Of a DNA stretch of 36,295 nucleotides, positions 16,965 to 27,400 are shown in pieces; position 1 is the stretch's first letter; each line of letters begins with the position of its first letter. The DNA is taken from the IMG/VR virus record IMGVR_UViG_3300046779_000312, positions 1 through 36,295 of that record; one strand, given 5' to 3'. A program made the position numbers and the translations under genes. Origin of the DNA: a virus. Lineage: Duplodnaviria > Caudoviricetes. The notes under the pieces were generated by a model that saw only the letters and a program-made list of their open reading frames with translations, was not told where the DNA came from and did no database searches.

Positions 16965-18140
16965 ATGTCAGAACTACTAGAAAGCCGCTGGCACGAAACT
17001 AAAGAGGCACTATTAGAAGGCCTTCAAGGTACCAAGCGCACAAACATGGCAGTTACTTTAGAGAATACTCGCAAGTATTTGTCAGAAAGTGCATCAACTG
17101 GTGCTACTTCTGCCGGTAACGTTGCAACCCTAAATCGCGTGATCCTTCCAGTGATCCGTCGTGTGATGCCTACGGTCATCGCTAATGAATTAGTTGGCGT
17201 ACAGCCAATGACTGGTCCAGTTGGTCAAATCCATACTCTACGTGTTCGCTACAGCGATACACTAAGCGGTACATATGGTGCGACTGCTGGTGAAGAGGCT
17301 CTAAGCCCATTCAAGATTGCAGAAGGTTATTCTGCAAACAACGGTAGTGCTACTACTGCTGCCGCAACAGCCGCTTTAGAAGGCGTTGCAGGTAAGCGTA
17401 TGAGCATTCAAATCTTGAAGCAAACTGTTGAAGCCAAAACTCGTAAGTTATCAGCTCGCTGGACTTTCGAGGCTGCTCAAGATGCACAAGCCCAACAAGG
17501 TATTGACATCGAAGCAGAAATCATGGCTGCTCTTGCTCAAGAAATTACTGCTGAAATCGACCAAGAAGTTCTAGGTTCTCTAGCAACTCTTGCAACATCT
17601 AACGGTAATAACCAAGCATTTGACCAGGCTACTGTTTCTGGTACAGCAACATTCGTTGGTGACGAGCATGCCGCATTGGCAGTTCTAATCAACCGTGCCG
17701 CAAACGTTATCGCTCAGCGTACACGTCGTGGTGCAGGTAACTGGGCAGTTGTAAGCCCATACGCTTTGACAATTCTACAAAGCGCAACTACTTCTGCATT
17801 TGCTCGTACAACAGAAGGTACATTCGAAGCCCCAACAAACACTAAGTTCGTTGGTACACTAAACAACGCAATGAAGATTTATGTTAACACATACGCTTCA
17901 GACAGCGCATCTGTTTTAGTTGGCTACAAGGGTTCAAGCGAAAGTGATGCGGCAGCGTTCTATTGCCCATACATTCCTCTAATGAGCTCTGGTGTTGTAT
18001 TGGATCCATCAACATTTGAACCAGTCGTATCTTTCATGACACGTTATGGTTATGTTGAGTTGAACAACACAGCATCTTCTCTAGGTAATGCGGCTGATTA
18101 CTTAGGAACTGTAAGCATTTCTAATGCTACATTCCAGTAA
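16965..18140 (+). CDS. gp23: Major capsid protein (T4 gp23-like)
   Basis: IRRVMPTVIANELVGVQPMTGPVGQI, VEAKTRKLSARWTFEAAQD, EITAEIDQE, RRGAGNW, AFYCPYIPL and FMTRYG. Confidence 0.97.
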   Translation: MSELLESRWHETKEALLEGLQGTKRTNMAVTLENTRKYLSESASTGATSAGNVATLNRVILPVIRRVMPTVIANELVGVQPMTGPVGQIHTLRVRYSDTLSGTYGATAGEEALSPFKIAEGYSANNGSATTAAATAALEGVAGKRMSIQILKQTVEAKTRKLSARWTFEAAQDAQAQQGIDIEAEIMAALAQEITAEIDQEVLGSLATLATSNGNNQAFDQATVSGTATFVGDEHAALAVLINRAANVIAQRTRRGAGNWAVVSPYALTILQSATTSAFARTTEGTFEAPTNTKFVGTLNNAMKIYVNTYASDSASVLVGYKGSSESDAAAFYCPYIPLMSSGVVLDPSTFEPVVSFMTRYGYVELNNTASSLGNAADYLGTVSISNATFQ

Positions 18141-18164
18141 TTAACGTTTACTTACGTTAAGAAT

Positions 18165-18191
18165 AAAAAGGACTCTTCGGAGTCCTTTTTT
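18165..18191 (+). terminator. Rho-independent terminator with UUCG loop
   Basis: AAAAAGGACTC-TTCG-GAGTCCTTTTTT downstream of the major capsid gene. Confidence 0.9.
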
Positions 18192-18198
18192 ATTTGTG

Positions 18199-18206
18199 GC
18201 TAAATA
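18199..18206 (+). promoter_or_regulatory. Late promoter (GCTAAATA)
   Basis: TAAATA core directly after the terminator. Confidence 0.55.
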
Positions 18207-18291
18207 CTATGTCTAAATTGAGAGCCGTATTATACGGACTTATGCAGAATCCCTCTGCGTAGACCTAAAACGTCAACATAAGGAGAAACAA

Positions 18292-18714
18292 ATGGGACGT
18301 CCATTAAAGAAAGACGTGTACGGTACTAAAGTTACACGTTCATTTACAACATCACAAGCAGGTATTTTAGTTCAAGGTTACTTCGGTGGTTCTTTAGCCA
18401 GCGACTATCAAATTGTTAAACAACGTGGTAAGAGCACATACGTTGTTGTAAGCACAGCAACTGATGCATTTAACGATGCAGATAGTATTAGTAGTCTTAC
18501 CGGTACTGATTTAAAAACAGGAAAATTAGTTTCTGGTACACCATCAGCCAACGGCGAAATTCGCATTCTTGGTTCTACAACAGGTCAAACACCAGGAACA
18601 ACTGCTATTGCTAAACTAACTAAGCGTCTTGCTTATGACTTCAGCGGCAACAAGTACAAGTGGTACTTGGATAACGATTCGTCTGCTGACGTATTAGTTT
18701 TAATTCCAGTATAA
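18292..18714 (+). CDS. Hypothetical virion protein (possible head decoration)
   Basis: 140 aa starting MGRPLKK; has its own late promoter, SD AAGGAG and terminator, directly after the capsid gene. Confidence 0.6.
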   Translation: MGRPLKKDVYGTKVTRSFTTSQAGILVQGYFGGSLASDYQIVKQRGKSTYVVVSTATDAFNDADSISSLTGTDLKTGKLVSGTPSANGEIRILGSTTGQTPGTTAIAKLTKRLAYDFSGNKYKWYLDNDSSADVLVLIPV

Positions 18715-18717
18715 TAC

Positions 18718-18738
18718 AAGGGACTTCGGTCCCTTTTT
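18718..18738 (+). terminator. Rho-independent terminator with UUCG loop
   Basis: AAGGGAC-TTCG-GTCCCTT-TTT. Confidence 0.85.
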
Positions 18739-18749
18739 AAGGATTTGAT

Positions 18750-19763
18750 ATGGCAAGAATAGTTAGCGTACAAGACTCAGATTATAAAATTTCCGTAAAC
18801 TCAGGCGGTACTATCACCCTGAATACAGGAAATCAAATTGGTACGGTTCTTGTCACCGGCGACTTAACAGTTTTAGGTAATACAACATCAATACAAACAG
18901 CCAATGTTGAAATAGAAGATAAAATTATTTTATTAAACAGAGGCGAGTCTGGTGCAGGCGTTGGCCCATTAGGCAACGGGCAGTCAGGCATTCAAATATC
19001 TCGCGGTAGTAGACCGGATGCACAATTATTATTTGACGAATCTAGAAGTTGGTTAGACACACAAACAGGTACAACTAGAACAGGTATATTTGTTCTTAAA
19101 AATGAAAACGACGAGTTGTTAGGTGTCCAAACTAATTCTATTACTACAAACGGATATAACTTAAATCTTATAGGTACAGGAACTGCGGTAGTTAATGTTA
19201 CTGGTACAGTTAACTACGAAGAGCAAGTATTAGATTATTCTGCTCCGGGTTTGCCACCACAAGATCCAGACATCATTCCAAACATTCAAGCAGTTGTTGA
19301 TTATGTTGGAAGTTACTTTACATTAAATCCTCCATATAAGATTCAAGATAGTGCCATTATTGGCGGTACTACTGTATTGTATGATTCTTATTTAGAAATT
19401 AGTGATTTTGAAGCAGATGGTGGACCGAGTAATCTTACATTAACATTAGACAATGTTGTTAATGCGGCATTCTTTACAGATCGGTTTGAAGTACAAGATT
19501 TAAAATTTTATGAAGCAACGATTGAAAGTAGATTAAGTAATACAGACTTAACAATAAGAAGTGACGGAGCAGGTTGTGTTACCGTAGACGATCACTTTAA
19601 GTTAACTCTTCAATCTGACCCAACTAGTGTAGTTGACGGAACAAAATTATACGCTAAAGCAGAAGCGCAAGGCGGCACAGGTGTGTTCTTTGTAAATACA
19701 AATAATACACAAGATGAATTAATTAGTAGACGAAAAGCAATCGCCTACAGTATGATATTTTAA
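18750..19763 (+). CDS. Putative virion fibre/structural protein
   Basis: VTGDLTVLGNTT...IEDKIILLNRGE fibre-like beta motifs; C-terminus KAIAYSMIF. Confidence 0.6.
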   Translation: MARIVSVQDSDYKISVNSGGTITLNTGNQIGTVLVTGDLTVLGNTTSIQTANVEIEDKIILLNRGESGAGVGPLGNGQSGIQISRGSRPDAQLLFDESRSWLDTQTGTTRTGIFVLKNENDELLGVQTNSITTNGYNLNLIGTGTAVVNVTGTVNYEEQVLDYSAPGLPPQDPDIIPNIQAVVDYVGSYFTLNPPYKIQDSAIIGGTTVLYDSYLEISDFEADGGPSNLTLTLDNVVNAAFFTDRFEVQDLKFYEATIESRLSNTDLTIRSDGAGCVTVDDHFKLTLQSDPTSVVDGTKLYAKAEAQGGTGVFFVNTNNTQDELISRRKAIAYSMIF

Positions 19764-19772
19764 GGATATAAC

Positions 19773-20093
19773 ATGGCTATTACAAGTACAGCAGTTACTA
19801 CATCAGGCGGAGCAATTTTCACATGTCCAACCGACGAAGAACATGCCGTTACTTGCATGATGTTTTGTAATTACGACACATCTGATGTAGTTTTAAATCT
19901 TTGGTTATTAGCACCGCTACCTGCGGCAATTTCTAACACAACTAAAGTAATTCACAATTTAACTATACCAGCAGGTGAAACTTTTACATTCGATACAGAA
20001 AAAATTGTTTTAGGTAGCGAAGAACGTGTATGGGCTACAGCAGATGTAAACAGCAGATTGTCTGTTTCCGTAACTAGCATGAGAGTAAGTTAA
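19773..20093 (+). CDS. Small beta-rich virion protein (fibre partner)
   Basis: 106 aa; IPAGETF...EKIVL motif shared with 28702..29031. Confidence 0.6.
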   Translation: MAITSTAVTTSGGAIFTCPTDEEHAVTCMMFCNYDTSDVVLNLWLLAPLPAAISNTTKVIHNLTIPAGETFTFDTEKIVLGSEERVWATADVNSRLSVSVTSMRVS

Positions 20094-20842
20094 TGAAGTT
20101 TTTAAAGAAAAGTCAGTTAAATTTTCGTAACGTCAAAGACCAAAGTGTTGCAGTAGGTTTTGACGGCAACGAGGATGGAACAGCCTCTACAGTTACAGGC
20201 CCACGTGCTCGTATTGTAATGGAAAACACAAACTCGTTACAGTTACCGAGTGGCGTTACTAGCGAACGCCCTGATCCTGCTATTTTAGTAGACGGAATGA
20301 TTCGTTATAATCAAACAACAAACGAATTAGAAGCTCGCCAAAATTCTGCATGGCGTAAAATTTCTTTTAAAGAACCAAGAATTATAACACAACAAAGTTT
20401 AGGCAACGGAGATGCTGCCGAAATTTATTTTGGTCCTTTAGATTCAGGAAATACAGACTATCCTTACCCTGAGTTAACAAAACCTCAAAACATTATTGTG
20501 TTGATTGAAAACGTATTTCAATTAGCAACTACAAACTACACACTAGCAGATAATCCTGTTAGTACAATATCTGTAGCAAAAACAGATGGCAGTCCAACAC
20601 TAATTACTAGCGAAGCAACAGATAGTATGATTGGTGCAACTGTGTCTGGTACAGGAATTTCAGGAACTGTTACAGGAGTAACTCCTGGTGTGAGTTTAAC
20701 ACTTGATGCAAATGCAAGTGGCGCAGGAACTGTTAGCGTAACTGTAACTAGAGATGGCAGATTTGTCGAGTTTACTAGTGCTGTTCCTTATGGCAAGCCC
20801 GTAACTGTGTTACACGGTTTCGATGGCGCAACCAACGTTTAA
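20093..20842 (+). CDS. Putative virion structural protein
   Basis: Contains the LPSGVTSERP...GMIRYNQTTNELE...W module also found in the large fibre proteins downstream. Confidence 0.6.
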   Translation: MKFLKKSQLNFRNVKDQSVAVGFDGNEDGTASTVTGPRARIVMENTNSLQLPSGVTSERPDPAILVDGMIRYNQTTNELEARQNSAWRKISFKEPRIITQQSLGNGDAAEIYFGPLDSGNTDYPYPELTKPQNIIVLIENVFQLATTNYTLADNPVSTISVAKTDGSPTLITSEATDSMIGATVSGTGISGTVTGVTPGVSLTLDANASGAGTVSVTVTRDGRFVEFTSAVPYGKPVTVLHGFDGATNV

Positions 20843-20870
20843 TACCAATACTTTTTAAAACTTTAAATCC

Positions 20871-20878
20871 AATAAATA
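20871..20878 (+). promoter_or_regulatory. Late promoter (AATAAATA)
   Basis: 7/8 match to TATAAATA; SD GGAG at 20884-20887 and ATG at 20897. Confidence 0.6.
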
Positions 20879-20896
20879 TTATTGGAGACTTTTCAC

Positions 20897-23800
20897 ATGC
20901 CTGTAGATATTGGTAGAATTTCTGGTCATATGCTTAAAGATAACCTCACAAGAGATGGGGTTGATTTATCATTTGAGACCGATTTACTTTACTTAGATGT
21001 AAACACAAATACTCTAGGCATTAAAAATACTAGCCCAACTGTTCCTCTCGAAATTACAGGCGATTTAAGAACTGCTAATTTCATAGCAGATGTTAGTTTA
21101 ACTAACGGCGATATTACAATCGACACATCGCGTTTTACTACAGCACTTGGCTCGTTAAACTTTACAGCCGTTGATAGAGTATTTGCTCCAGAGATTAGAA
21201 CAGACGATATTAGCATTAACAATAACGTAATATCAACAATCAGTAATGTTCTATTAGAATCTCTAGACGGCGAATTTGCGGCAACTCCAAGAGATTTCTT
21301 TTTAGATTTAGGTAGTGCATCTACAACAGTTTTTGATGATGTTATCGACTTAGGCGATGCATCTTTATCTGCTAGTGCATCTAATACAAATTTAGAAATT
21401 CGTCCTAACGGTTCGGGTTCATTATTTGTTTATAATGACTTTAATGTTACAGGCAATCTACATGCTACAGGCGACGTTACATTAGACGGCACCATTACTT
21501 TAGGTAGCAATTCCGACGACTATGTAGACTTTAACGCAGACATTGCAAGTAATATTGTTCCTACATCAGATGTAACTTTTAACTTAGGCGGCTCTTCTAC
21601 AAGAAGATGGAACGGCTTATATACAAACCTAGTTAACGGACAACAAGTTACCACAAGTAGTTTATCAACTCCTAGCGGAGTTAACTATGCATTACGTCCA
21701 GGTAATGTTTGGTTTGTTGCCGAGAACGGTGATAACACTAATCAAGGTAATCACGAAAACGGTCCGTTCGCTACTATTGAAAAAGCATTAACAGTTGCTA
21801 CAGCCGGCGATACTATTAAAGTATATCCAGGAACATATACAGAATTACTTCCTTTAGTTGTTCCAGCGGGTGTTGCAGTTCATGGACTTGAATTAAGAAG
21901 TGTAACAATCATACCAGATACTGCAAGTCAAAGCGAAGACGTATTTCATTTAAACGGCGAAACTACTGTTAGCAATTTAACAATTAAAGATTTTTATTAC
22001 GATAGTATAAACGATAAAGGATATGCTTTTCGTTTTGCACCAAACGCACAAGTAACAAGTCGCAGTCCATATATTCAAAACGTGTCTGTTATTACACACG
22101 GCACTACTGTTACAGCAGACGATCCTAGAGGTTTTGCTAGCGGCGACGCAGGTAAAGGCGCATTAGTTGACGGTGCAGATACAAATTACCTAACTAAAGA
22201 AGCATCAATGTTATTCCATGCGGTAACATTTATTACACCGGGCGTAGATGCGTTAACTATGACCAACGGTGTACGTGTAGAGTGGTTAAACAGTTTTACA
22301 TACTTTGCTAATAGAGCTATGTATGCTACACAAGGTACAGGCAGATTAACTGAAGACGGCAGTACACTAGCATTTGGTGCAGAAGTTCGTAGTATTGGAT
22401 CGGCAAACGTTTATGGTAATTACGGTGCATACGCAGATGGTGCAGATACATTAATGTATCTAATTCAGCACAACTTTGCATATATTGGAACAGGTAAAGA
22501 TTTTAGTAACGACGACACCTTAGTTATACAAGCAAACGAAACTGTAGAATTAAACAGTGGACGAGTTTACTATCAAAGTCAAGACCACAAAGGTACGTTC
22601 CGTGTAGGTGATTTATTCTATGTAGATTTTGAAAACGGCACAGTTAGTTTTGATGCTAGTAGTTTAGATTCTACAGGTGCATCAGGTTTAACTATTACAA
22701 CAGGCACAGATGTAACAGCAATAACAAAAGATTTTGTTACTACAGGCAATTTAAAAATTGCAGGAAATACAATAGAGTCGTTGTTTGGCGAAGTAAACAT
22801 ACTATCTGCTAGTAATGAAATTAATTTTACTCAGAATGTAAACGTAGCCAAGAATGTTATAGTAGACGGAGACTTTACCTTAAGCGGCGAACTTATACTA
22901 GGTAATCAAACTACAGATACTTTAACATTTGCACAAAGTTTAAATCAAAATTTAGAACCTGATGTAACAGAAACTTATAGTTTAGGATCTTCTTCTAAAG
23001 TATGGAAAGATGTTTACGCTAGTGAATCAAACACAAATGATATAAGAATACGCGGCAACGTAATTGAAACCACTGTATCAAACAGTGACTTAGAGTTACG
23101 TGCTAATAGTGCCGGAATCGTGCATATTATCGATTATGCGGCGTTTGATCAAGCATTAACTGTTAACGGATTGACAACTACACAATCTGTTAATGTTATA
23201 GGAACGTTAACTCATTTAGGCCCAGTAATTCTATCTGGAAATAAAAGCAATACTGGAACATTTGATATTAGTGGAACACTAACAGTAGGTTCACACGCAT
23301 ACTTTGATAATGTTACAATTTATAATAATAAAGTTTATACATCAGATTCGAATAGCAATTTAGAATTAAATGCTTCAGGTACAGGATTAATTACTGCGCC
23401 TGTAGATAACGTATCTATTAGTCAAAGTTTATCTGTTGATAGTGACATCAATGTAACTAATGTTACTGCAAGTACTAGAGTCACAGCAGAAGAGTTCTAT
23501 ACAGGCGATATTTTAATCAAAGACAACTACATTACTACTTCTAACTCTAACAGCAATTTAGAGTTGCGTGGAAATAGTGGCGGTGGCGTTTGGTTAGAAA
23601 ACACAAGATTTACTACTAATGTTATTTCAAGTACAGACGACATAGTATTCCAACCAAATACAGCCAAAGATTTGCAAATTGACTCAACTGCCGCAGTAGT
23701 ATTACCTAAAGGAACAACTTCTGATAGACTAGTATTTTCGCAAGGCGACCTACGATTTAATACAGATACAAATATTTTTGAAGGCTACGGTGCCGCATTT

Positions 23801-24319
23801 GGTGGCGTGTACAGCCAAGATAGGCAAACTAGTGTTACTGCTGGGTCTAGTGAAGAATTAAACTTTAAGGCCAACAATATCCTAACTATGGATATTACAG
23901 GAACTAGAGTTCGTTTAAATGGTTTATTAGTTGACAATACACTATTTGACACAAATACAGTAATTACAACAAATAACGACTTAACATTTGCTCCTAATGG
24001 CACAGGGTTAAATCGTATAGAAAATATTACTCCTGACGGATCGGACATTCGTAATGAGTTGAATACTGCTATAACAGTAACATCTACTGGACTAGGATAC
24101 GTAGTTTTATCAGGAACTAATGGATTCGTTATGCCTTATGGTATGACAGCGGATCGAAGCACTAGTCCTGAATTAGGAGAAACTAGATATAACATAGAGG
24201 AAGGTTATGTTGAAGTTTGGGACGGCACACAATGGGGTAACGCAGGTGGCGAAGGCGAAACAGTTACCCAACAATATATGGAAGATATTTCCTATCTCTG
24301 GAACCTAATCCTGGGTTAA
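20897..24319 (+). CDS. Large virion fibre/structural protein with a pectin-lyase-like beta-helix region
   Basis: The track starts at TTG 20882, but ATG 20897 has the SD and matches the paralog N-terminus (GRISG). Motif WFVAENGDNTNQG...PFATIEKAL...GDTIKVYPGTYTE...LRSVTI; repeated SNSNLELRAN units. Confidence 0.75.
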   Translation: MPVDIGRISGHMLKDNLTRDGVDLSFETDLLYLDVNTNTLGIKNTSPTVPLEITGDLRTANFIADVSLTNGDITIDTSRFTTALGSLNFTAVDRVFAPEIRTDDISINNNVISTISNVLLESLDGEFAATPRDFFLDLGSASTTVFDDVIDLGDASLSASASNTNLEIRPNGSGSLFVYNDFNVTGNLHATGDVTLDGTITLGSNSDDYVDFNADIASNIVPTSDVTFNLGGSSTRRWNGLYTNLVNGQQVTTSSLSTPSGVNYALRPGNVWFVAENGDNTNQGNHENGPFATIEKALTVATAGDTIKVYPGTYTELLPLVVPAGVAVHGLELRSVTIIPDTASQSEDVFHLNGETTVSNLTIKDFYYDSINDKGYAFRFAPNAQVTSRSPYIQNVSVITHGTTVTADDPRGFASGDAGKGALVDGADTNYLTKEASMLFHAVTFITPGVDALTMTNGVRVEWLNSFTYFANRAMYATQGTGRLTEDGSTLAFGAEVRSIGSANVYGNYGAYADGADTLMYLIQHNFAYIGTGKDFSNDDTLVIQANETVELNSGRVYYQSQDHKGTFRVGDLFYVDFENGTVSFDASSLDSTGASGLTITTGTDVTAITKDFVTTGNLKIAGNTIESLFGEVNILSASNEINFTQNVNVAKNVIVDGDFTLSGELILGNQTTDTLTFAQSLNQNLEPDVTETYSLGSSSKVWKDVYASESNTNDIRIRGNVIETTVSNSDLELRANSAGIVHIIDYAAFDQALTVNGLTTTQSVNVIGTLTHLGPVILSGNKSNTGTFDISGTLTVGSHAYFDNVTIYNNKVYTSDSNSNLELNASGTGLITAPVDNVSISQSLSVDSDINVTNVTASTRVTAEEFYTGDILIKDNYITTSNSNSNLELRGNSGGGVWLENTRFTTNVISSTDDIVFQPNTAKDLQIDSTAAVVLPKGTTSDRLVFSQGDLRFNTDTNIFEGYGAAFGGVYSQDRQTSVTAGSSEELNFKANNILTMDITGTRVRLNGLLVDNTLFDTNTVITTNNDLTFAPNGTGLNRIENITPDGSDIRNELNTAITVTSTGLGYVVLSGTNGFVMPYGMTADRSTSPELGETRYNIEEGYVEVWDGTQWGNAGGEGETVTQQYMEDISYLWNLILG

Positions 24320-24330
24320 AAAACCAAACG

Positions 24331-24338
24331 ACTAAATA
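24331..24338 (+). promoter_or_regulatory. Late promoter (ACTAAATA)
   Basis: TAAATA core preceding a leader of about 130 nt. Confidence 0.55.
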
Positions 24339-24343
24339 CTACT

Positions 24344-24461
24344 GATTACAAGGCAGACCAAGCCCTGTATGGTTAAACTGTGGTAAACCAGCAAAGAGCC
24401 GTAAAAGCGGCTGCGGAGAAATCCAAAATAGGTTAACCGTGAAACACGGGGTGAACAGGAG
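24344..24461 (+). promoter_or_regulatory. Putative structured 5' leader RNA
   Basis: GC-rich intergenic stretch with several short hairpins including GGA-GAAA-TCC and CCGTG-AAA-CACGG, ending at SD AGGAG. Confidence 0.5.
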
Positions 24462-24467
24462 TGTACA

Positions 24468-27400
24468 ATGGCCGTTGGTCGAATTTCCGGTCCTCTCTTA
24501 AAGTCGAATCTTCTTCGCAACGGAGTAGATCTGGCTTTTGAGACTGACCTTATATACTTAAACGTAACAGACGCCGATCCTGCCAATCATAAAATTGGCG
24601 TTAAGACTACGACTCCTACTCACACATTAACAGTTGACGGTACAACTCGTACAACAAATCTTTTAGTAGATACACTTGCAGAAATTGCCGATATTAGCAT
24701 TTCTGGAACAACTGTTGAAACTTCTCAAAGCGTTTTATCGTTAATGCCTGCAGGCGCAAGCCCTGTAGTTTATCAAGCAAAATTACGTGTAGATGATGTC
24801 GAAATTGAAAATAACGTCATTAGCACTCACACAACAAACACTAATTTAGAACTTCGTCCAAACGGAACTGGGTCTGTTGAAGTATTTTCAGATGTAACAG
24901 TAAACGGTAATATTCATGCTACCGGAAACATCACAGCAGACGGTAACATCCAACTTGGTGATGCTAATACAGACAATATCACATTTGCCGCAGATGTTGC
25001 CAGCAACATTGTTCCGGACGCAGACGATACCTATACACTAGGAGAAAGCGGAAAACGTTGGGCAGATGTATGGACTAATAACTTATTTGCTGATGTTATT
25101 GATACTGGCGACTTAGTAGTTGACAGTATTAACTTAAACTTACGTCAAGGTAATATTTGGTACGTTGCCGTAAATGGCAGTGATTCATATAGCGGAACAC
25201 ATCAAAACGACCCGTTCCTAACAATTAAACACGCACTAAGCCAAGCAACATCGGGCGATACAGTTTATGTTTATCCTGGCGATTACGAAGAAATTTTTCC
25301 ACTAACAGTTCCACAAGGTGTTGCGATTGTAGGTGCTAACTTACGTTCTGTAACAATTCGTCCAACAGCGGCAACACGCACATTAGACTGTTTCAAAATG
25401 AATGGTGAAACAACTATTCAAGACTTTACAATTACAGGTTTTGAACACGAACCGATTGGCAATACTGGACACGCATTTACATTTGCTCCGGGTATGAAAG
25501 TTACTACTCGTAGTCCTTATGTAAAAAATATTACAGTTTTAACATTTGGTAGTAGTGTAAGATTAGGCACAGCAACCGCTGACGATCCTCGCGGGTATGC
25601 CGCAGGCGATGCAGGTCACGGTGCGTATATTGATGGAAGTTTAGTAGATCCAGACAGTATCGAAGCGGCAATGTTATTCCACGCAGTAACATTTATTACA
25701 CCCGCCGCAGAAACATTAATTGCTACAAACGGTGCAAGAGTTGAATGGTTAAACTCATTTACATACTTTGCTGATAAAGGTATGTATTTGTACAGCGGAA
25801 CTACAGGATTTGCTGGACAAGGTAGAACAGAAGTTAGAGTAACCGGCGATACTGGCACGTTTGCCGTTGGCAACACATTAAGTTATTATGATACAGACGG
25901 TGTTACTGTATTAGGTTCCGGTGTTATTGACGAAATTGATACAGACGGTAAGATTTATCTAACAGGTAACGTTTCTGGATTAGAAACACAGTTAGAGCGT
26001 GGCGGAAAAACTATCACAGCCGGCGGCAATGCTCAATTAGCAACAGCACAGAAAAAATTTGGAACTGCTAGTTTATACTTAGACGGCACTGGAGACTATG
26101 CTAACATAGCAAGTAATTCAGACTTTGGGTTTGGAACTGATGATTTTTGTATAGAAGCATGGGTATATCCAACTTCTACAGGAACATATAGAACATTATT
26201 TGATTTAAGAACAGCGGCACCGGCAGATGGCGGCGGAATTATTCTTGGAATAACAGATTCTAATCAATTATATTTCTACTATAACTTTAATTACAGAGTA
26301 GGTCCAGTAGGAACTATTTCTACTAATACATGGACACACGTTGCTTTAGCTCGTGTTTCGGGTAGTACTCGTGCATTTGTTAATGGAACACAAGTTGGTT
26401 CAACATATACAGATACTAATAACTACGCAACAAGACCGTTGCGTATAGGTGCAGATCCAAACGGCAATTACGCATTTACAGGTTACGTTGATGATGTAAG
26501 AATTAGCAAAGGCGCAGGAAGATATTCTTCAAACTTCGTTGCACCTACATCGGCTTTAGTAAATGATTCTTATAGCGTTTTATTAGCACACTTCGATGGT
26601 GCAGATACTTCTACAGTATTTGCAGACGATGTACTATTGCCACAAGATATTAGAACTAGTGCAGGCGGAACAGCCACAGCATTTAGTTTAGTTGACTATT
26701 CAGACTTTGGCGCAGAAGTTCGTAGTATTGGTAGTGCCGCAGTTTATGGTAACTATGGTATCTACGGTGATGGTGCAGGAGTTGTTGCTTACCTAATAGG
26801 TCAAAACTTAGCCTACATTGGAACACAACACAGATCCGACAACGATGTAACTTACGTTGTTCAAGCCAACGAAGTTATTGAATTAAACGGCGCAAAGATT
26901 TATTATAGTAGCGTAGACCACAAAGGCGACTTTAGAGTTGGAGATTTGTTCTACGTTAATCAAGCCGCAGGAACAGTCGAGTTTACAACTACAAGTTTTA
27001 ACATTAGTTCTTTAACTGGTGTTACATTTACTGACGGTGTTAATACAACATATATTGACGGCACAGAAGTTAGCACAGGCAATATTAAAATTAGCGGCAA
27101 TACTGTTGAAAGCACCACAGGCGATGTAAACATTTTATCAGCCAGTGACGAAATTAATCTTCAAAATAATGTAAACATTGCTGGTAACTTAGATGTAACA
27201 GGTAATGTTACTATCGGCGGAAATATTCAACTAGGTGACCAAACAACCGATACAATTAGTATTGTTGCAGGAATCACTAGTGACATTACTCCTAGTGCAA
27301 CCGAAACATATACATTAGGTACAAACGGTTTACAGTGGGCAAATATCTATGCTGGTAACTTACACATTGACAGCATTAACATTGACGGTAATGTAATTAA

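Noticed and set aside
24341-24450. Hammerhead ribozyme or c-di-GMP-I riboswitch in the fibre leader
   Set aside because: CTGATTA does not match the CUGAnGA hammerhead core, and the GEMM P1-P2 arrangement could not be built by eye; kept as an unassigned structured leader.
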